From assembly GCA_964106645.2 (NCBI GenBank), contig OZ067039.1: a stretch of DNA of 64,000 nucleotides; one strand, given 5' to 3'. This DNA comes from Podarcis pityusensis. Its lineage: Eukaryota. A model generated the notes under the pieces. That model worked only from the letters and a program-made list of their open reading frames with translations. It searched no databases and had not been told where the DNA came from. Position 1 is the first letter of the stretch, and each line of letters opens with the position of its first letter. The position numbers and the translations under genes are program-made. Shown here piece by piece: positions 25,138 to 36,613 of this stretch.

Positions 25138-26391
25138 TACTTATCATATGCATTGTTTTTGTAAACCACTTAGAGACTGATGTGGTGTTCAGCAGTATAT
25201 AAAAATGCAAAATAAAATGATAAAATGAAACTGCTTTCAGACAATTACATTTTCACTGTGTTCAAATTTCATTTTTGCTCCAAAGAACTCAAGGCAGCAT
25301 GCCATTGAAGAGATCAATGTCATCAAAAGACACTGCCTGGCAGATTGAAATGGTAGTGTCAGACAGCAGACGTTGGGGAGAAGCAGCACAGCCACAAAGT
25401 GCTGAGAGGCAGAGGGGTGTGTGTGTGTGTCTCTGTGTGTGTGTGTGTATTATGCAACCTGTCTTGTGTTCTTTACTCTACTTCGATGTCCTCAAGTGCA
25501 CTGCCCCATTGCCAGCGTCGAAGGCAGCTTTGGCTGGTATGTGTGTGTATCTTGACTTCCCTCCTCAGGCAGCAAAAGGTGTTGGGCTGGCCCTAGTCTC
25601 TATACTCAGAGTGCTAAAGCCTTCTAAGGCCACAGCCACACCATACCTTTAAACCCTCCAATGACTCCTAGGAACTATAGTTCGCTCCTCACAGAGTTGC
25701 AATGATCAGCAGCCTTAACAAACTAGAGTTTCCAGGATTTGGGCTGGGGTGTGGGAGGGAATGTGCTTTAAATGTACAGTGTGTGCATAGGCTAAGCTAG
25801 CCAGCCACTGGTGGAAAAGCAATTCCACAGAAGAAGCATCTTTCAAAGCCTGAGAAGCTCCAAATGGTGATGATAGACGATGTGCTAATGAGCCCAGGAA
25901 ACACCTGTTTGATAGAGAAAAATTCCACCCACCTGCTGTCTATCAGAGCAAGAATTACTGAGTTGCAATTAGGAGTGTAACTCTACATCAAAATCACTTA
26001 TCAAATATAAACACCCACATGCAATAAACATAATTGTAAGCTGGAGTTATCTAGGACCCATTAAGTGTTTCTGCTGCAGTTCAGGTCCCCAACACATCCC
26101 TCATCATGAGAGCTTATGGGGATGATGAAGGTTGCAATTTCCTGCTTATTCTTTCCATATACATTAAACAACTGGACAACCACACTGTTCCCATTACAAG
26201 CTGTTCCTTGGAATAGATATTATAAGAGCTTTGCTGCATTTTTCTTTAGCTCCTGGTTTACTCTTCTCACTGGGGATGGCAGGCTGGGTCGGGTTTTGAA
26301 ATGCAGGCTGCCACTCAGGCATGATCTGTGTAGCTTTTATATCAGAGAGTAGAAGGTCAGAGAGAAACAGAGAGATATTAATGCAGCTTAC

Positions 26392-26448
26392 TTGGACTTG
26401 TCGGGTCACCAAATCTTCGGAGTCTCCCACTGGAGGTCCTTGAGAGTC
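26392..26448 (-). CDS. SEPTIN9: SEPTIN9 exon 2 (57 nt, isoform i1 N-terminus): (G)LSRTSSGRLRRFGDPTSP
   Basis: Minus strand: branch-like CTAAT, tatttttcctttaccgtag|GACTCTCAAGG...ACAAGTCCAA|gtaagc. 57 nt, phase 1-1. Aligns without gaps to human GGTRTSSGRLRRLGDSSGP. Confidence 0.95.
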
Positions 26449-27370
26449 CTACGGTAAAGGAAAAATAGGCATTAGGTGCTAAGCAGGTGATGGCAAGCTC
26501 AAGGCTTGCCATGGGATCTAGATTTAGCAAACAGGTGTGAACTACTGAACTTCAGATACTTTGCATAAAAACATCACAGCCTGGCTGGATCAGGCCAAAG
26601 GCCCATCTGGCCGAGCACCCTGTCCTCACAGTCACCATCCCCGTGTTAGGAATGTACCAACTATAACCCAAGACATCAAAGATCTTGTTTGCCTTTTCGC
26701 AAGAAACATCAAGAGCTAAAAATGCCAATGGTGAGGCTAGGTTCTCAAGTTTCTGCATGATTTACTGCAGAAACAAAGACCAGAGGCACATCCAGATTGT
26801 CAGAACCAGTAACTCTCTGAGATAGTGCTATATGTATGCCTTTTGTGTAGTAAGAAGCAGCTTGGAAGGGACCTGGGATCATCGCCTTTGGTTGTACTCC
26901 TATTTCTAAGAAACAGCAACTTTAGGAAGCCATAGCCAAAACCCAGCCAGTCATATAAGGGGCAGGGGAGGAATTACTACCATACTCTGGGATGATTGTC
27001 TTCCCCCACCCCCTGGCAGCACTCCTGGTGCTTTAATAACTATGTGATAAGAGATTTGCAGGAACTTAATTCCCACCCTCCCCCAACAAAAATAGCATAT
27101 GACTATTAAGAAAAGCTCTGCCTGCTAAATCTTTGCTTGTCATTCATGTATGACTTTTCAAATAAAGCATACAACAGCCATTAGACACCCTGGGGTAATG
27201 TTGGGAATGGGGGGAGTTGATTACCTAACATTACAAGCCTCTTGAAACATGTGTCATTCATACCCACAAGCCAAGCATCCCTTGTGATTTCTTAATTATT
27301 CAATTCTGACAATAGTCATTGGATATTCAGTCTGTCCCTCAGTTCTGAAATAAGTGACTACGTCTTAGAT

Positions 27371-27615
27371 CAGGGGTCAGCAAACCTTTTCAGCAGTCCA
27401 CTGTCCCTCAGAACTTGTGGGGGGGGGGCGGACTATATTTTTTGGGGAGAAATGAACGAATTCCTATGCCCCACAAATAACCCAGAGATGCATTTTAAAT
27501 AAAAGGACACATTCTACTAATGTAAAAACACGCTGATTCTCAGACCGTCCGCGGGCTGGGTTTAGAAGGCAATTGGGCCAGATCCGGCCCCCGGGCCTTG
27601 GTTTGCCTACCCATG
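27371..27615. mobile_element. hAT MITE, OC1 (OposCharlie1)-like
   Basis: Ends caggggtcagcaaac / gtttgcctacccatg; perfect 8-bp TSD tcttagat; CpGs retained. The family assignment is from recalled similarity. Confidence 0.88.
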
Positions 27616-28013
27616 TCTTAGATACACCTTCATCACATCTCAAAAAGAGTTGTGTGTCATCAGGATAGAGACAGAACAAGCAGCAAACACAATGAAACTA
27701 GACAAAGATGATGACGATTCCTGCTGACAGGTCTGCTTGGAAAAAGTGACTCACGCCCTATGCGTCTGCATGACTCTATATGTGCCACGTGGCTTCCTTC
27801 GTTAAGTAAGTATTATTGTCATTATAAGGATTATTACATTGAAATATGACATGTGACCAAACAATTTACCTGTTTTAAAGGAGACTAAAGTCAACCTGAA
27901 ACTACTAACACTGGTGTAGTTGGGGTTCCATTATAATTGAAAAACAGTACTTTCTCCACTGATTTGGCTGTACCTCTTTAAGGGGCCTCCAGCCCTGAAA
28001 ATGTAGCTCCATT

Positions 28014-28325
28014 TAATGGTATAAAAGAATATGGAAAAATTGGATTTTCAATAGGTCAAAACTTAATGCTATAATATATTAAGATTAAAGATCAGGATAA
28101 AATAAGGAGGGAAAGGAATTGCTGAACTAATAAATTGAACTGGAATACAAAAAAGGGAGGCATGAGGAGGTCCGGGAAACAAGTAAATGAAAGATAAGTG
28201 ATGAAAAGATGGAATTGTTTTTAATTGTTTTTTTTTGTATTTTGTATTTTTCTTTTCTCTATTTTTCTTTTTCTTATCTATGCAACCTTTTTTTGAAACC
28301 TTAATAAATATCATTTTTTAAAAAA
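28014..28325 (+). mobile_element. L1-like LINE 3' UTR
   Basis: AATAAA plus A-tail; perfect 17-bp TSD gaaaatgtagctccatt (27997-28013 and 28326-28342). Confidence 0.85.
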
Positions 28326-28345
28326 GAAAATGTAGCTCCATTAAC

Positions 28346-28960
28346 TTTCATGGACTGGCTGGACACAGAGGAGTGGTGGGAGGAACGAGTGGGGGAAACT
28401 ACCAAGGGAAGAAGGCTCAAAGCCTGGGGAGTGGTGGGACAATGATGAGTGGTCACAGGGAGAAGAAGAAATTTGGGGAGGGGAGGTGTTGGAAGCTGAG
28501 TAGGTAACAGGGCTTAGTGAGCTGGGAGAGTCTGTGGCAGAGAGAAGTTCAGAATCAGAGGCAGAAGCTGAAGCAGGAGGATGGGAGGAGGCCAAGAGGC
28601 AGAGATGAGTCAGGCTAGTGAAGAGTCATGGGTGTCTTCCTCTCCTGCTGCAACAAGTTCCCCTTCCTCATTGTCTTGAAGAACCAGAAGAGGCATGAAA
28701 AGGTTGGAGCAGAAGTTGGCGATGTGCAGACACAGTCTCCGATTGCTTGGTGTGTGTGTGGGAACCCTGGAGAGAAGGGGACTTAGGCAGTTGTGGAAAG
28801 GTGGGGACCTTCAGACTCAACAACTGCTTCATGGGGGTAAGAGCTGCCGGAGATGAGTTGCTGTGCTCATTAAACCTGACACTCCTGTGTAGATGTTTTT
28901 GCTAATAAAGAGTTAACTCCAACTTGAACGGTGTGATTTACTGCTGGCTCACTCCTGACA
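28346..28960 (+). mobile_element. Solo LTR (probably Gypsy/Ty3-type), 615 bp
   Basis: Termini tttcatgga...tcctgaca (degenerate TGTCA...TGACA inverted ends). 5-bp TSD ttaac/tttac. AATAAA at 28904-28909. Confidence 0.8.
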
Positions 28961-31889
28961 TTTACTTACAGTGCCAAAGACTAAACCGATGGTGTCCTAC
29001 AGTATGACCCCATCATGTCCATGAATGCTCAGAAACCAAAGGGAAGGGCTCCCAGTAGTCAACAGGAAGGCAGCCATTTGTTGCCTCCAGAGCACCCAGC
29101 CCTCCCTTGAAGCTAATATTCTCTGCACTCCTGCTCATCTTGTCTCTTTCCTTCACCAACCATCCTTCCCCCCCTCAGTGCTCTCAAAAACTAATCAACA
29201 TTATTTTGAATTCTAGATTTTGAAAGCACAAATTGCTTAGAATTAGCAGGCATTTTTGCACAATTTGGAGGAACTTGCAGGCTTTGGCATTGATCGTAAT
29301 AGCTAAAATGCCTTCAAATTCTGTTGGGAAAGCACTGTAGCAAACCAAATGAAGGTGTATGGCAAGGGGAGGAGACAAACGTAAGAACTGTTCTTCTAAA
29401 CTGCAGCTCCTTTCCCACTTCCACTCTCCATTGAAATGGAACAACTCAAAAATTAAAAGATGGGCCATCCAAGAACATTCCACTGCGTGACTATATCCCG
29501 GCTATGCTAAATTATAGTCTTTGGGGTGGTTAAGCCATTTTGCGGCTGGACAATATTCCTTGAGACTTTATGGCATCTGGTTTGGCAAGCCTCTCCCAAT
29601 TTTCCACGATTCAATAACGCTGATAACAGACTCCCCCTTTCCTGGACACTTTTCTTCAATTCCAAGCAGTCTGGCCTTCTGTAACTCCTTCCATCTTGAA
29701 TTTCCCTCCCCACTGGCCCTTCCCATTTTACTTTGGCCAGTTCAAGCAAGAAATCAAAAATTGAAAATAAATGCAGATTCAGGTCACACCACCCCAAATT
29801 TCCTTACATGGCAAGATCCAGGAAAACAGCAGGTAATTACAGCACAAAATTCCCACAATTATCCAGGCTAGCAGGGTTGCAAATGGATATTTTCTGCAAC
29901 CAATTAACACAGAAATGTGTACTAAACTTCCACTAGGTTGTATTAGTTTACCAGAAGTGGTTTTTAATGATGTGTGAAATATCGCATAAAATACAAAAAT
30001 TATCAGGTAAGGAAGCATTCTGAAAATGGAATGAAGTGCTGTCTCAGTGCAGCCTTCATTGCATTTTGTCCCAAAAATAGTGTGTGAAATATTTCACTTC
30101 AGGGAATAGTTATCGGAATGGAAGATATTTGGGCCCTTCCCTCTCTAACAATTCCTCAATTAATTAAAAAACAAACAAACCTGACCAGGCCTGCCTCTGT
30201 GCTTTTAACAGGAGGTTGGTCTTAAGCATTCAATCTGTAAAACATACCTCCATGCCATGAAAAGCATAATCATTTGCTAATGGCCACAGGTCAAGCTGCT
30301 TCTTCAAGGGACAGCTTAAGGGGATAGTTGAAAATGTGGGGCAATCAGGCTTATATAACCAACATGCTTAGCTCTAATCAATGCATGAAGGGGTTAAGAC
30401 CACAGAGTAAACTGTCCTGCCATGCTTAGGTAGGTCACTTCCCTTCACCTTGGGAGGAAAAGTTATGAAGCCTTTGTCCTTTTCATTTCCACCGAGTGAA
30501 CCCTACCAGTAAGGGGGTCTAAGGTGGATGCTTCAAGCTTAGACTATGTGGTTTAAGCAATCCATCTTTGTGTTTCTATACAAACAATGTAAAAACATTT
30601 ACCATTTTGGAACCTAAGTTATACTACCTGTCTCTTTCTGTGCTAAGGAACGTGGAGAACTTTGGAAGCAACTTACAAAGAGGATATTTTAAAGGTACAA
30701 CAGCCTATATTTCCATGCTTTACTTTGCTGCATGTTTTGTAATTTTAAATCTCTGCTAGGGTTCTCTCCTCAAAGAGTACTTGCTCCAAACCTGATTCAG
30801 AGTCAGGGCTACCATTTCCCCCCATTTCATTAAATTTATACAACACTTAATTACAATTGTCTCCAAGTGGTGTGTAGGTAACTCAAAACAATGGGTCCAG
30901 ATCTTATTTACTGGGTGTTGACCAACTGGAATATGCAACTATTGCTTACAAAAATGGCTTGTCCAATCTAGAACACACGTGATCCAGAAGGGGACTCTGC
31001 ACAATTTTTTTATACTGTTCTCACATACTGTGGGGGGGGGGGGCGGGAAACACCCCTTGGCTGCTTTTTGGCCCTCAAGATGCAGTTTATTATACATCAC
31101 TTTCAGGGGCAAACAGCAACTGGTCATGAGAGAGGGGGATTTCAGTGGGTAACTGGTGCAAGTCCTCTATCCAGACTGAGAGCACGTTTCAGATCTTAGC
31201 CCCACATAGCTGCTTTCCCTTCAAAATAAAAGGTGACTGGCTTCAGCATAATTTGTTTTGTTTTTAAGGATGAAGATGGTAACGTGAAAAGGAAAGGACC
31301 TAAGTGATTAGCCTGTTGATGTTCATCTGGCTGCATCTTGCGTCCCTTGCAATAGTTCAAACAAGCCCTCCCCTTTATTAGCACTAAAATTAAACCAACA
31401 AGAGGAATATGCAAAGCCACAGCTGCTTTCCAGCATTAATCAGAAACACTCATTGAAAAATTTATGGTTTCCCAGCCTCTGTGTAAAGGAACCACTTGCC
31501 AAATATAAGCCAAGCGCAGCTGCGCTGAAAACACAAGCCATGTGTATGAGCACTTTGTGCTTCTCTCTGCCTCAAATATGCCTGGCAGCAACGCGGTGCA
31601 TACAGCTCACTTCAGGGAAGAGAGAGAAAAGGTGTTTCTGCAGTTGGCTCTTCAGATTGGCAACTCCAGCATGACTTGCTACACAGCTGACAGTCATAAG
31701 AACATGATCATAAGACGAGCTGGGCTAGATCAGGCCAACAGCCCATCGAGTCCAGCATCCTGTTCTTACAGTTGCTAACCAGATGCCCGTGAGAAGCTTG
31801 TGAAGCTGGACATGGGTACAACAAGTCCATTTGCTGGCTGGCTGACAAGGTTGCAGGGCCAGGCATTGGTGCTGCAAACTTAGGGTATA

Positions 31890-32093
31890 CAGTGGTACCT
31901 CGGGTTAAGAACTTAATTCGTTCCAGAGGTCCGTTCTTAACCTGAAACTTTAGGTAATGGGGCCTCCCTCTGCCACCGCGCCACCGGAGCAAGATTTCTG
32001 TTCTCATCCTGAAGCAAAGTTCTTAACCCGAGGTAATATTCCTGGGTTAGCAGAGTCTGTAACCTGAAGCGTATGTAACCTGAGGTACCACTG
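31890..32093 (+). mobile_element. Tc1/mariner MITE, copy 2 (internally deleted)
   Basis: Same TIRs and TA TSD; homologous to 2538-2779. Confidence 0.93.
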
Positions 32094-33113
32094 TACTATA
32101 ATCTTTCTGCTCTTGATTTTAGCAAAGAATGATTGTAGCCCTGAATGACCACAATCCTGCAGGCTCCCCTAGATTAATGTCAAGAGCTCAGAAGGGTCTC
32201 TCCTCCCCTCTCTGAGTCTCCAAAATGGAAGAACTTGGGTTCTATCTCTGTTCCTACTTCATGACTGGCTTTCTACCACCATGTCACAGTATCTAGTAAT
32301 TAAGACTGGGGGATTTTGGTGTGTAAATTTGGGTCTCTGCAGCAAAGAATGGGATTTTCCATGGAAAATATGTTTGCTGTTCCAGATTTGCTGATATTTG
32401 GGTGGCAGGATGAAAAGGAGAAGGCACAGTCTATGCAGTACAGATACAACTATGCTGCACTTGTACAAAGGGTTCTGGCAGGTTGCATAGGCCATATACC
32501 GCTAGAGTCCTCTGAATGGGGTAGATCACCCCTTTGCCACTGCCTTCTAGTGGAATGTGGGTGAAACTACAAAGGATAGAAGGAAGAAATCAGCAAGCAT
32601 GTTAGTAGTAGATTTTCACATATTACTACATGAATAATCTGAAAAGCTGTCTCTAGCTGGTAAAAAAAAAATCTACCTTGTTTTAGGGGCATACTTGGAA
32701 CAATGCATTTTCTTCACTGAGATACTAGTGGGGGTTAGGCTCATCTTAATTATTCTCCTCCACCCTCCCTCATGCATCATACAAAACCTCCAGTTACAGG
32801 CTTTCAAGAGCTCTTGAAGAGAAGCAGATAATATTTTAAAGATTTCAAAGTAGCATACAAAGGCACAAATGAAACTAATTCACAATACCTATAAATACAA
32901 CTTATAACCAACAAATAAACGTAACAAAATACTACATGACCAGAGTCTGGGGATAAAATGTATTGAGATGAAACATGTCCTGTTGTGTTTTTCAAACAAA
33001 AACTGGTTCAGGGAAGCAGACTCCTTCTGACATCATAGCCTTGGTTTGGTTTTGAGACATTTGACTACCCTGAGTTGTATTGGAATATAGCTTAGGGTGG
33101 AGAAACACTCCCC

Positions 33114-33116
<3 letters not shown>

Positions 33117-33160
<44 letters not shown>
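33117..33160. repeat. (GT)n microsatellite
   Basis: Seen directly. Confidence 0.99.
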
Positions 33161-33163
<3 letters not shown>

Positions 33164-33460
33164 AATGGGCCTGGATGAAGTTAAAAAACAGTTCCTTCCA
33201 GCGTGAAGATTCAGGTTTCAGTTCTTAAAACACACACACACAATTTGATCTTATTTTCCATGCACACTGAACTCTGTGATTAATCCAAGGTTTATCCATC
33301 TGATCTTGAAGCTATGGTTACTGTTTACATACATTTCTGAATAAGTGGTGCCATGCAAAGTCAGCCTTTGAGGTCACTCAGGTTCTATCAAGTAGGGGAG
33401 CTTCTTGAAAAAGCAAACTCCAATGCTTTCGTGTCATTAATCTCTCAGCGGCGTGTGTAC

Positions 33461-33865
33461 TAGGCATGAATAAACCTGCCAATTTAAGTTTCTCTGTTTC
33501 TATTTCTCATTTTTCCAATCTTAAATTCAATTTAAATTCATTTCTGAATCAGCTTGCAATTTTTTAAAAAAAAAATTCATCAGGGTTTTAGTGCAAATTT
33601 CTTCTAATGCATACATTTCTGCAAAGCAATTCCCGGAAATATAATGCATTTCTGTTTCTTCATGAATATGTGCATTTTTATACATGCATTACCCCAGTAT
33701 ATACATTTTTGTACACATTACTTGGCAGGACAGCTGCACTGAAAAAAAATTCAGAGATGTATGTATTTCAAAGGATGACTGTATTTCAGATTGTGTATTG
33801 TTTTGGAAAGTGTTAGGTAGCTTAAATGCAAATTGATTCAATTCCCCCCAGTACCATCATCCCTA
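33461..33865. mobile_element. hAT-Ac-type non-autonomous element
   Basis: TIR taggcatg / catcccta; 8-bp TSD gtgtgtac/gtgtgcac. A related fragment lies at about 21429-21628. Confidence 0.8.
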
Positions 33866-35164
33866 GTGTGCACAGCATTCTGAAGAATCAATCCTGACTC
33901 CAGTTAAACTCCAAAGCTTGTTGATTTAATCCCAGATGCATGGATCAATGGAACCCCTTGATCAAAAAAGCTCTAATAGAATATTCTGTAAGTAAGCAGA
34001 GGAAGAAAATGGCTACATCCTCAAACGTTCCTGCAAACACTTCAATGGGAAAAAACTGCACCTGAAGGCGTATACCCCACACTTGACATCCCAGAAGAGC
34101 AATCAGATCCTGTTACATTTGCCAAGAAGGTACAGCCTTCCCAGATATGTGGGAGAGAATGTTCATTCCCATATATTAATGAATTTAACAAAACCTCCCT
34201 AAAAACAATCCATTTCCAAATGTTAAGGAAGGCAAATTGCAAAAATTAAATATTCAAGCTAGTTTAACTAAAATCTGGCTGCAGCCAGTCTGGGCAGCAA
34301 AATCCATTTTGAAGGAGGAAAGCTGAATTTTAAACCTAAGGTCTAGCATTCCCCTGAACAGCCCTCAGACTCCCTCTGCTGTCCTGTGCCTCATTTTTCT
34401 CAAACCCGCCCCACCAGCAGCACTCTTTATGGAGGGAGAGTTGCCTTCTGTATGAAAGCTATTTTATTGATGCAGCTGAAACCCTCCTTAGTTTTTGGAG
34501 AGTTTTCTGACACAAAACAGCAATGTGTTTCTTAAAAGCAATGTGTTGTTTTTTGTGTGCGTGTGTTTTAAAGAGGTCTTTACTCCACATTTCTGCCATT
34601 GCATTTCAAACAGATGATTGTATTTTTCAGCTGCAGACTTTCCCCTTGTGGCCCTTTGCTTCTTTCCTGCTCTGATTTCAAACACGCTCCACTCTCTGTT
34701 TTTTATTTTAAAGACTCACCTTTCCCTGCATCCCCCAAACCTTCAGCTGATGCTGCAGCATTAATCAACAGCTGCTGCAGTTTCTATGTACTAACCTGTC
34801 ACATGAGGATATATGCCTAAACTGCTGTCCCCTCGCTGCCCCGTTAAGTCAGGCTCCAAAAGGCAAATGTTGGATTTTCCCAGGGCATGATTTATTAAGA
34901 GGAGACCATCAGCAGCTCCCACTTTCACCCCTGTTCAAACGTCTCCCTTGCTTACTGCTTATCATTCATAGAAAAAGGGTCTGTGGGAACTCAAGAGCAG
35001 TACGGACGTGGTGCAAACTTGGATCCTACCACAAGCCAGAGCAAATTCAAGGCATGTGTAACGTGCATTTAACCTTCATCAGTTATTCCATTAAAAGGGA
35101 ATTACTAAAGCCATCTTTCAGTTACCAAAACCCATTCAAGAGATTCCAATAATTTTAGGAGGCA

Positions 35165-35167
<3 letters not shown>

Positions 35168-35204
<37 letters not shown>
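35168..35204. repeat. (CA)n microsatellite
   Basis: Seen directly. Confidence 0.99.
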
Positions 35205-35206
<2 letters not shown>

Positions 35207-35499
35207 TTCTGGGTGTGTGTAGTCTCTGAATCGACAGCTTCAATTCAGGTCCCCTCCTGCATATGCTACAACTCTTACATGACTTAAATAAAAGGAACTA
35301 CATTTATAAGCTATGATAGAATTCGCACTTAGAAAAAGAAAAGAGGCTAATGGCAGTTATAGCTTCCATAACCAATCTCACAGAGAGAAATCACACACAT
35401 GGAGATTAAGGTCAACACCTTTTGCTAAGGGTCCACATGTACACCTAGATCCTTCTGATACAATTGGTCTTTCTGATGGGGGTTGTCCATGTTTGTGAA

Positions 35500-35714
35500 T
35501 ATTAAGAAAAGCCCTGATGGATCAGATGAAAGTCCAGCATCCTGTCCTCACAGTGGCCACCCAGATGCCAATAGCAAACCCACAAACAAGAAATGAGGGC
35601 TATAGTTCTCTTCCTGCTTGCCAGTTTCCTGCAGGGATCTGGGTGGCAACTGTGAGAACAGGATACTAGACTAGATGGACCATTGGTCTAATCCAGTAGG
35701 CCCTTCTTATTCCC
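35500..35714. mobile_element. Two CR1 3' tails in inverted orientation
   Basis: The left arm cagcatcctgtcctcacagtggccacccagatgcc is complementary to the right arm ggatctgggtggcaactgtgagaacaggatact. Confidence 0.75.
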
Positions 35715-36430
35715 TCAGGGCGCCTAGACTAGTTGAGCCTTTGTTCCAGTTCAGGTCCAATGGCTCTACTTACGTTCTTCTAGATAATTTCCTGCTCTTC
35801 TTGAGATGCGTGACTAGAAGCATTTCAATTGTGGCTGCATCAATATTGATATAAAGGCATCACAATATTGACTACTCACTATCCCTGTTAGTTTCAAGTT
35901 GCTAGGCAATTGTCAAGAATGTGCAAATTGTAGACAATGTGAATGCTGTCCGAAATAGTTCTGAGTGGTGTTTCTTTATTCTTTTTATTATTGTTATTGT
36001 TATTTTATTAGCAAGTAAGCCAAGAATCACTAAAGTTACATGCTGGGCATTTGCCATTAAAAGTCTGAACCAGCTGCTCAGTTTAGCAACCTTTACATGT
36101 CTCATCTTATATCAGCACAGCTGGGCACTAACAAACTAGAAAGCAAGACAGTAATTGCATGAAAGTGTGGGCAGCTCACCTGCAAACAAACAGAAGCACA
36201 ACACAGAGTTTCCCCACTTTATTACAAAGATTGCCTACTTCTGCTCTAAAATTACCATGCAAGAAAACCACTGGGCACCCAAAGACCCATGTCTGAACTA
36301 AAGTATAGGGTAAGGCAAACTTGAACCTACCATTTTTTCTGCTTAGCCTTACAGATTTTTAACAACAAAAGCTTTAAAAATGTGGAAAGTCTACTGCTGG
36401 AGGAGAAACAAAACGAAGTCAACTAAAAGG

Positions 36431-36613
36431 GGAGAGCAATAGCTCTGTGGAAGAACATCTGTTTCACATGCAGAGGATCCCAGGTTCAATCCCTGCCAAC
36501 TCTAAGGAGGGCAGCCTCCCTGTCTGAAACTGCTGAAAGAGCTGCTGGTGGACAAGACTGAACCAGGTGGACCAGTGGTCTGTCTCTACGTAAGGGAGCT
36601 TTCAGTGGTTCTA
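36431..36613 (+). mobile_element. Squam3-type SINE
   Basis: atagctctgtggaagaacatc...cccaggttcaatccctg (A/B boxes) plus CR1-like tail. Confidence 0.78.

Noticed and set aside
28341-28595. 84-aa Ser/Pro-rich minus-strand ORF in the LTR
   Set aside because: It is the antisense shadow of the GAN-rich plus-strand frame.
36431-36500. tRNA gene-like A/B boxes (also at 20866, 52178, 59205)
   Set aside because: Degenerate SINE heads followed by LINE-derived tails; no intact cloverleaf.
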